DNA of 64,000 nucleotides from a virus: IMG/VR virus record IMGVR_UViG_3300022723_000240, positions 3,769 to 67,768 of that record; one strand, 5' to 3'. Shown piece by piece: positions 9,931 to 16,736 of this stretch (position 1 is its first letter; each line of letters starts with the position of its first letter). The notes under the pieces were generated by a model. It saw only the letters and a program-made list of their open reading frames with translations, ran no database searches and was not told where the DNA came from. The position numbers and the translations under genes were made by a program.

Positions 9931-10005
9931 CGGGCCGTGTGGGATTCGAACCCACAACCAGCGGTTTTGAAGACCGCCGCTCTAGCCAATTGGAGCTAAC
10001 GGCCC
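9931..10005 (-). tRNA. tRNA with anticodon UCA on a tRNA-Trp-like body (opal suppressor candidate); no encoded CCA
   Basis: GGGCCGT-TA-GCTC-CAATTGGCTA-GAGC-G-GCGGT-CT[TCA]AA-ACCGC-TGGTT-GTGGG-TTCGAAT-CCCAC-ACGGCCC-G. All four stems pair (7/4/5/5 bp); short variable loop; discriminator G. Confidence 0.93.
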
Positions 10006-10311
10006 TTAAATATCTCTCATATTCGCCAAGCCATAAATGGCTTTTGCACCATACGCTGCCACTTTTTCAGTCGGCAACGTACTATTATTGATAAGATCCT
10101 CAACTTCATTAATAATCTTAGTGGCTAAATCAACGGCCAGATCATCTTCGTCAGATAAAGGATCCTCTTCGAACAACTGCTTATTTGCTAGATGTCTAAC
10201 AGCAGCGCCCACTACCATTGTAAAAATATCTTCCTTAGTTAATTCACCTTTGTGTTCTTCAAACAGATGGTTAACAGTTTCTTCAATATTCGTGCTTTCC
10301 ATTGTTTTCAT
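10006..10311 (-). CDS. hypothetical acidic protein; its stop codon directly abuts the 5' end of the tRNA
   Basis: GAAAGG upstream of ATG 10311; TAA at 10006-10008. Confidence 0.6.
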   Translation of the reverse strand: MKTMESTNIEETVNHLFEEHKGELTKEDIFTMVVGAAVRHLANKQLFEEDPLSDEDDLAVDLATKIINEVEDLINNSTLPTEKVAAYGAKAIYGLANMRDI

Positions 10312-10389
10312 AGCTACGCCTTTCACAAGTTTATAAGCACCAACAAATCAATTTAAGTCATTTCTTGGTTTTCTTATTCCTATAACCTA

Positions 10390-10536
10390 TCACCTCAAAA
10401 CATCTGAGCAACTTGGGCAAGATGCCCTAAAATCATCACCGCTTCTAAAATAATATTCAAACTTATCTTCGGAACACTCTGGGTGCAAGCACATTAATGT
10501 TACACGCAACTCACTTTCATGCCAATGACTAATCAT
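10390..10536 (-). CDS. 48-aa zinc-ribbon-like protein (not in the ORF track)
   Basis: MISHWHESELRVTLMCLHPECSEDKFEYYFRSGDDFRASCPSCSDVLR; ATGA overlap with the ligase C-fragment stop. Confidence 0.5.
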   Translation of the reverse strand: MISHWHESELRVTLMCLHPECSEDKFEYYFRSGDDFRASCPSCSDVLR

Positions 10537-11384
10537 GCCAACATACCATCGAACTCGTCCATTCCAATAATCTGAACACCAGCCTTACGGGCCTTTTCCG
10601 CCTTACTGCTGGTGCTGGCCGGATCTTTGAGCACTAAATAGGTAAGATCCTTTCCTACGGACTTCTTTTCTTCACCGCCCAAGTCTTCAAAGGTAGATTT
10701 CTGATCAGCGGTCATTCGCACACCAGAGAAGCAGAATGTTTGCCCCGACAGTTTTCCGTCAGTAATCTTCTTCTTAGGCTGTAGGATCTTAACGTGCTCC
10801 CTCAAACGCAGTATTAGGTCCCTGCGCTTCTTGAGCGACTCATGAACCTCGTTGGCTGTTTCTTGTCCGTATTTGCCAGTATCACTGCACGGCATTCCAA
10901 CAAAGTTGCTAGCATCGGCATTTAGATAATAGTCAGTATTATCAAATCCGTGATCGATTAGTAGAGCGGCACGACTGCGCCCCAAGTGTTTGATAGACAA
11001 GGATCCAATAAACAGATCAATTGGAATCTCTCGGGTCTTGTCAATCTCTTTTAGGATTTTCTTGGCATTACTGCCAATTTTCCCCTTGCCAATAGGCAAC
11101 GCTGCTACTTCATCTTCGTCGAGAGTGTAGAGATCATCTACTTCCTTGACCATACCATTATCAATCATGGACATAAGAGCAGTATCGCCAAGCTGCTTGA
11201 TGTTGGTCTTATTCACCCAATTTCGAATACGCTGGAAATTAAGATCAGGGCAGTCCTCGTCAGTAACCTTCCAATCACGCCCTTCTCGAACCAGAGGATA
11301 ACCCTTCCAATCAGTAGGAGGCGAATGGAAATCCTTATTAATAGCTTTTAATATTATATTAACACCACCACAACGAATAGCCAT
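10533..11384 (-). CDS. ligA: NAD-dependent DNA ligase, C-terminal fragment (degenerate Zn region, HhH repeats, BRCT)
   Basis: NIKQLGD and SLSIKHLG (HhH); LSGQTFCFSG...SVGKDLTYLV...SSKAEKARKAGVQII (BRCT); own AGGAG RBS. Confidence 0.88.
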   Translation of the reverse strand: MAIRCGGVNIILKAINKDFHSPPTDWKGYPLVREGRDWKVTDEDCPDLNFQRIRNWVNKTNIKQLGDTALMSMIDNGMVKEVDDLYTLDEDEVAALPIGKGKIGSNAKKILKEIDKTREIPIDLFIGSLSIKHLGRSRAALLIDHGFDNTDYYLNADASNFVGMPCSDTGKYGQETANEVHESLKKRRDLILRLREHVKILQPKKKITDGKLSGQTFCFSGVRMTADQKSTFEDLGGEEKKSVGKDLTYLVLKDPASTSSKAEKARKAGVQIIGMDEFDGMLA

Positions 11385-11438
11385 TTATGTCTCCTACAAT
11401 TTGTAACAAGAACAAGTGATTTAGTAAACCACAATCAA

Positions 11439-12242
11439 ATGTACTTAATGAAAAGGCAGCGACATTATAACATTCAATCACATGAACTAAAATTATTATA
11501 TGAAAACGGTTACTCCCAAAGTAAATTATCTGAATATTTTAAATGTAGTCACACAGTTATTGAAAATCGAATGAAAGAATATAATATCGAAAGGCGATCT
11601 TATGCTAAAGCATCATCGATCCGGAACAAAACAATTAAACTAAATGAATCACAGGAACAATTGATTATTGGATCCCTATTAGGTGACGCTTGTTTAGTGG
11701 AAGCCAATTATATCAGCAACAAAAAGTCCAAATCTAAACTTAAAACTTACCGACTATTATTCGCTCACAGCGAAAAACAAATTGAATATCTTAAGCACAA
11801 GAAAAATATATTGGGCGGATCTAAAATAGGAACCAGAAAGAGTGGTCATGGTGCCACAATCAAACATTTTGCATTTTGTAGTAAACCAACTTTAGAGCCA
11901 TTCGCCAAAATCTGTCTACGGGACAACAAAAAATCAGTAACTAAAGAATGGTTGTCCCAACTAAAACCGGAAGGATTGGCCTATTGGTTTATGGATGATG
12001 GCTATACCATAAAACGCAGTCGAACCTCTCACGGTGCGTACCTGTGTACGGACAGTTTCAACGAAGAGGAAATTAAATTGATCCAAGATTGTTTAATCAG
12101 AATGGGCCTTGAAACTAAAGTGAGTCACACTAAAACTGGTCCTAGGGTAAGATTTCCGTCTACTGATATCACAAATTTATTATTTGACATCATTAAGCCA
12201 TGGGTCATCAAATCCATGGAGTATAAACTAGTCGGTGTCTGA
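11439..12242 (+). mobile_element. LAGLIDADG homing endonuclease with an N-terminal HTH, inserted antisense between the ligA halves
   Basis: IIGSLLGDACL and GLAYWFMDDG motifs; N-terminal YSQSKLSEYFKCSHTVI HTH-like segment. Confidence 0.9.
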
Positions 12243-13397
12243 TGGTATCTGATGGTGTTTCTCCTGCGCCGGATAATCACCAACAAATCCGCATTTTGGG
12301 CACTTATAATCAACCCCGACAACCGCTAGGATATGTGGTATCACGTCTCCCGCTTTTTCGATAATAACCTCATCTCCGATTTTTAAGCCTAAGTCCTCAA
12401 TATATTCAAAATTATTTAATAGACAGTGGGTGACATTGGTGCCTGCCAATTTTATCGATTCAACCACCGCTGTTGGAATGATCTTACCGGTATGCCCTAT
12501 TGTGTTCTCAATATCAATTACTCTCGTAATGCCCCTTTCTGAGTCAAACTTCCAAGCGATCATTCCAACTGGCCTACTACCACCATCTGAGTAACCAAGC
12601 TTTTCTTGGACGGCTAAGTCATTAATTGCCACAATCATGCCGTCAATCTCAAAATCCAACGTTTTGCGATCTTCTTCGTAGTGCTCTCGGCACTTTTCTA
12701 GCTCTTCTAAATTCTGGCACCGAAAGAACCGTACCGTACCGAAGCCCAATTTCTGCAAAGCGATGAACTTATGTCGTTGCTCTTTGAAATTTACCTCAGG
12801 ATGAACAATATCAAATGCGTGAAAAGTGATGTGCTTATTACGGTCAAAACCAGAATCGCAGACGGTAATTCCGTTACCGGCATTGCGAGGATTAGCCATT
12901 TCGGGAAAATTCTTTTTCCAGTTTTCCACCGAAAGCTGCGCTTCACCACGAACGATCAGACGTTTACTAACATCAATCTTGCTAGGAAGACCAGACCACA
13001 GCTTGGCATTCTTAGTGACATCCATGCCCGTAGTGCCATCGCCACGAGTAGCGACTCTCAACAGCTTGCCGCCTTCATAGACTGCTTCCATACTACTACC
13101 ATCTAGTTTATCTGAGACTACTACCTCTGGCTGGTTATATTTATCATACCAGCTTTTAAGATCTTCAGCATCTTTGGCCTTGTTCTGGCTGCCCATATGC
13201 ATAAAGAGCTTCACCTCTTTACGATGGGCAGGGACTGGAGCACCAACCTCTTCAAAAAAGGCATGATCCGGAGAGATCTTCTTTAGATGGTCACGAAGCT
13301 TATCAAACTCCAGATCAGTCATTAATGCCTTCTCACCATTATAATAAGCATGAGAAGCTTTTCGAAGAGTATTCGCTATTTGATCAACACTTGGCAT
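12228..13397 (-). CDS. ligA: NAD-dependent DNA ligase, N-terminal fragment (Ia, adenylation and OB domains)
   Basis: AYYNG...TDLEFD, KLDG, TRGDG, RGE, NPRN, IDGMI, AWKF, GHTG, KAGDVIP; stops after the OB fold. Confidence 0.92.
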   Translation of the reverse strand: MPSVDQIANTLRKASHAYYNGEKALMTDLEFDKLRDHLKKISPDHAFFEEVGAPVPAHRKEVKLFMHMGSQNKAKDAEDLKSWYDKYNQPEVVVSDKLDGSSMEAVYEGGKLLRVATRGDGTTGMDVTKNAKLWSGLPSKIDVSKRLIVRGEAQLSVENWKKNFPEMANPRNAGNGITVCDSGFDRNKHITFHAFDIVHPEVNFKEQRHKFIALQKLGFGTVRFFRCQNLEELEKCREHYEEDRKTLDFEIDGMIVAINDLAVQEKLGYSDGGSRPVGMIAWKFDSERGITRVIDIENTIGHTGKIIPTAVVESIKLAGTNVTHCLLNNFEYIEDLGLKIGDEVIIEKAGDVIPHILAVVGVDYKCPKCGFVGDYPAQEKHHQIPSDTD

Positions 13398-13458
13398 TGA
13401 TTTCTCCGACTATTTGTAACAGCAACTAAATAGCAATTAACTACACGCACCATCAAAG

Positions 13459-13791
13459 ATGTATTTTACATACATGGATTTATTAGGTGCTTGCCTATTT
13501 GGATTTGTTTTGGGTGCTGTATTAAGCTATCGTGTCATCAAAAAGATAGCAAGAAGCAATAAGCAACAATTTATAACTAAATTAAGTGAAAAATATAATG
13601 TCAGCAATACACCTAAGGGTGAAATGATAGTTGATGCTATTGGCAGCGAAATCGATTTGCTTATGAAGCACCATGGAGAGCGCGTTAAAGTAGAAGATGG
13701 CCATTATTACATGTGCTGGATCGATCAAGACTTAATAGCTCTACCCAGCAATTGCTTGGTTCCTATACATGATCAAGCAGAATCTGAGTAA
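13459..13791 (+). CDS. hypothetical membrane-anchored protein
   Basis: N-terminal hydrophobic helix LLGACLFGFVLGAVLSY followed by basic residues. Confidence 0.6.
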   Translation: MYFTYMDLLGACLFGFVLGAVLSYRVIKKIARSNKQQFITKLSEKYNVSNTPKGEMIVDAIGSEIDLLMKHHGERVKVEDGHYYMCWIDQDLIALPSNCLVPIHDQAESE

Positions 13792-14203
13792 TATCCTTAA
13801 AGGCTTTACTTTTCTTTAGTTGTTGTAAGTGAATTGACTCATTACCGTTAAAGGGCTCCTCAACCTCTATGAAATCATAATGCATGCTCGATTTAGTCGG
13901 CTTAATATCAACGGAATTTTCGGCATAATCTCTGAGATCTTTTAGCGCACCAGACTCGTTAAAATAACCAAACAATTTCGCAATTTTCTGATTATTGTTT
14001 AAGGTCTCCCAACCAGCGATATTCTCGCGGCCAAATACCTCTACTTGCGGATTATCAAGCATTTGACCAATAACAAATACTTGCAGATTTAACCATTGAA
14101 CGTCTGCTTCCATCAAAATGCGATGAGTCTCTGCTATAAACGGGTCACTCAAACTGTCGCAATACTGCTCTATAATGTTTTTAGCTTGAGCAGTGAGGTT
14201 CAT
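13763..14203 (-). CDS. hypothetical protein
   Basis: ORF in a run of overlapping minus-strand genes; GAGG-free ATGA overlap with the upstream gene. Confidence 0.6.
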   Translation of the reverse strand: MNLTAQAKNIIEQYCDSLSDPFIAETHRILMEADVQWLNLQVFVIGQMLDNPQVEVFGRENIAGWETLNNNQKIAKLFGYFNESGALKDLRDYAENSVDIKPTKSSMHYDFIEVEEPFNGNESIHLQQLKKSKAFKDITQILLDHV

Positions 14204-14394
14204 AGCTTATTTTTTAATGACCTAGAAGTATCATACCAAATTTTAATACGATCATTAAAGTCAGGGTCAATCTCTTTGTACAGTTGATTGAACACTTCTT
14301 CTAGTAGATCATCATTGTAATGGTCATATTTTGACAAATAAAGATCACATGCTTTGTCAACAACTTCTTTAGTCGTCATAATCTTCGTCATCAT
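14200..14394 (-). CDS. hypothetical protein
   Basis: GAGGAGG RBS; overlaps both neighbours. Confidence 0.55.
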   Translation of the reverse strand: MMTKIMTTKEVVDKACDLYLSKYDHYNDDLLEEVFNQLYKEIDPDFNDRIKIWYDTSRSLKNKL

Positions 14395-14590
14395 CCTCCT
14401 CTAGAATTTCCTCTATTGAATAAAAATCATTATATTCTATAACTAAAAATGGCTCATTGCATTCATCACATTGTTCTCTATCAGCGTTTTCGATACCTAG
14501 GCCCTCACGGGCACGCCACTCTTCAACACTGACATCATATGCATGCCCACATATTGGACAAACAAGTGCGTCCGAGCCCTGTAGGTCCAT
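14369..14590 (-). CDS. small zinc-ribbon protein
   Basis: CPICG...CDEC; AGGAGG RBS. Confidence 0.65.
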   Translation of the reverse strand: MDLQGSDALVCPICGHAYDVSVEEWRAREGLGIENADREQCDECNEPFLVIEYNDFYSIEEILEEDDDEDYDD

Positions 14591-14621
14591 ATTACCTCCT
14601 GAGCGTTATCTTATACTTTGC

Positions 14622-15320
14622 TCAGAAATTTAGAGGCAATTCAGGAACTTCAATAAGATTAGCGTTTTCGTCCACTCTTAAAACATTATCAGTACGTGGC
14701 CACCAATGTTCGCCTGCATATCCAACAGCGATAACAATTTGATGGCCCAAGTGGGTAGGAGTCTTCGTATCCCTTTGAGAATCAAACACACGCCAACGCG
14801 GAGATATGGCAGTCGAAATCTGCACATGCTGAGCTAAAATAACTTGTTCGTCATACATAAACTGATTACGCATAGAATTCCAAGCATCCTTAGCGGATGC
14901 AGCATGAATTTCATGCGATACACTATTGTCCGCATTACGCATCTGAAAGTGGTAAGCTACTTTAGGACCTTCAACTTGATCAGTAAGATAAAGGCCGACT
15001 TGATCTTTAAGAGCTGGCTCGCTTTTAACATCCGGCCCTACGACTTGCACTCCATTATCATCAACCAAAACCAAGTCACGCTTATTCACAAGAATTGCGC
15101 CTCTCTTGAGGGCTTCTTCTTCGCTGCGACCCTTGATTTGAAACCAGCCCTTAAAATCGAATAGTTTCCAAGCCCCCTTAAGAAGCTTGGCTACATTGAT
15201 ATCCTCAGTGGATCCAAGTTCATATTTAATGCGTTCGCGAGCCTTGCGGGTGGCTTCATCAGAACTACGACCCTTAATCGTGAACCAGCCATTACAAGAA
15301 TACTCTTTCCAATTGGACAT
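14622..15320 (-). CDS. hypothetical protein with an internal duplication
   Basis: WKEYSCNGWFTIKGRSSDEA and WKLFDFKGWFQIKGRSEEEA; AGGAG RBS. Confidence 0.7.
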   Translation of the reverse strand: MSNWKEYSCNGWFTIKGRSSDEATRKARERIKYELGSTEDINVAKLLKGAWKLFDFKGWFQIKGRSEEEALKRGAILVNKRDLVLVDDNGVQVVGPDVKSEPALKDQVGLYLTDQVEGPKVAYHFQMRNADNSVSHEIHAASAKDAWNSMRNQFMYDEQVILAQHVQISTAISPRWRVFDSQRDTKTPTHLGHQIVIAVGYAGEHWWPRTDNVLRVDENANLIEVPELPLNF

Positions 15321-15353
15321 AATATGCTCCTGATTGTTGATAACAAAACAGTC

Positions 15354-15998
15354 CTATAAGTTAATAGGAGACAAAAGACCATTATTATTCTTAATTAGTC
15401 CACGACTAAGGCTAACTACAAAAAACTCGTGGGCATACATAAACGGTTTTAAATTATAAAGATAATTCTGCCATGCCACTTTAGGCACTTCTTTAGCGCC
15501 AATATGTTGTTGAACCCATGCTGCAAGATGGCCAATTCCAAACTCTCTGCGGTTTTTAGTAATTAACCGACCACCAACCGCTTGTGGCTCCAACGGTAAC
15601 TTACTCCACCATTCCCAAAAATCTCTAAGAACTTCCTCTGGGAGGCCCCCAGGAAACGCTTCTTCCATAACCTTATTTAAACTAACAAGAACCCCTTTTT
15701 CAGCAAACCACAGCCGAAGAGGTATCTCACCATAATTTTCAGAGATAATCGACAACATCCGCGTATCAGCGCCATAACGTCTAACGAAATTCTCATTAGC
15801 ACATAATGGCACACATCTATTAGTATCAATATATTCTAAGTCATGCTGAGAAAAGTTTTTATTAGTATCAACATTCTTAACTTCAATATTAGATACATTT
15901 CTTAAAAATGCCAGCCATTCATCATCTGTCAGAGTTACCTTCGTTATTGTCTCTGATCTCTTTTCGTTGAGGGGGGCTGTGAATTTCTCTATTTCCAT
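15354..15998 (-). CDS. hypothetical protein
   Basis: 214-aa ORF in an operon-like run. Confidence 0.65.
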   Translation of the reverse strand: MEIEKFTAPLNEKRSETITKVTLTDDEWLAFLRNVSNIEVKNVDTNKNFSQHDLEYIDTNRCVPLCANENFVRRYGADTRMLSIISENYGEIPLRLWFAEKGVLVSLNKVMEEAFPGGLPEEVLRDFWEWWSKLPLEPQAVGGRLITKNRREFGIGHLAAWVQQHIGAKEVPKVAWQNYLYNLKPFMYAHEFFVVSLSRGLIKNNNGLLSPINL

Positions 15999-16170
15999 TA
16001 TTTATAGTTACGCTTCTGCCATCTTTCCATGCACTAAAACACAATTTCTTTAGGGGCAGAAGAGGATCTTCCTCATTTTCTATCGACAAGTTAGTAGAAG
16101 ACCACCATTCCTCAAATAGTTCTTCATCATCAAGCACGACGGACAGTTCTAGTTGATGGTTGCTCAACAT
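15922..16170 (-). CDS. hypothetical protein
   Basis: Fills the gap between neighbouring minus-strand genes. Confidence 0.45.
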   Translation of the reverse strand: MLSNHQLELSVVLDDEELFEEWWSSTNLSIENEEDPLLPLKKLCFSAWKDGRSVTINNGNREIHSPPQRKEIRDNNEGNSDR

Positions 16171-16426
16171 CTGTAACCAGATTTTTAATTAATTCTGAAA
16201 TATGTTTTTTAGCCCATTGATGACCACGCACTCTTTCGTATTCCTGATAAAGTCCTTCATATATTTCTTGCACTTTGTTTTTCTCCACCATTGCTTCTGC
16301 TCGTTCCGCCCTTAAGCGACAGATCAGCAATAGTAGAAACGCTAACAAAGTACTAGCAGTAACCACGAACAAGATAACCAGCATTGGTATTAGATTAATA
16401 TTATTAAACATCGCTAGGACCTCCAT
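16130..16426 (-). CDS. hypothetical membrane protein
   Basis: Long hydrophobic stretch followed by a charged helix; probable start at MFNNIN behind GGAGG. Confidence 0.6.
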   Translation of the reverse strand: MEVLAMFNNINLIPMLVILFVVTASTLLAFLLLLICRLRAERAEAMVEKNKVQEIYEGLYQEYERVRGHQWAKKHISELIKNLVTDVEQPSTRTVRRA

Positions 16427-16736
16427 CGTTACTTTGTAATGACAGGTGAATAGTTAGACAATCCTCTAATTGGTCTCTGACCTTATGTAGCCAATTATCA
16501 AGATCGCCTTGAAAATCTTCTCGAAAATCTTCTTCAGATTTTAAAATACTAACTTTATTTTCTTTTGAAGGAATGATCACAACATCGAAACGACTTCCGA
16601 ACGGACGTTCATGTTCCAACCAATCAGACAGCTGCTTAATCTTGGCCGCAACCACCCAAGATTCTAGCTCACTAACATCGATATACCAAACAACATACTC
16701 ACGTTTCTTCAACGTAATCCTCCGATACTGCACCAT
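16404..16736 (-). CDS. hypothetical protein
   Basis: ORF in the operon; the true start may be the TTG after GGAGG. Confidence 0.55.
   Translation of the reverse strand: MVQYRRITLKKREYVVWYIDVSELESWVVAAKIKQLSDWLEHERPFGSRFDVVIIPSKENKVSILKSEEDFREDFQGDLDNWLHKVRDQLEDCLTIHLSLQSNDGGPSDV

Noticed and set aside
9931-10005. tRNA-Sec interpretation of the UCA anticodon
   Set aside because: It has a short variable loop, a 7-bp acceptor stem and a 4-bp D stem, and no sel genes appear in the window.
9831-10091. 86-aa plus-strand ORF
   Set aside because: It is the antisense translation of the tRNA gene (GRVGFEPTT pattern).
11385-12300. Group I intron or split intein joining the ligA halves
   Set aside because: The endonuclease is antisense, there is little non-coding room for a ribozyme core, the C-half has its own RBS and upstream motif, and no intein termini are visible. 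Not formally excluded without a covariance-model search.
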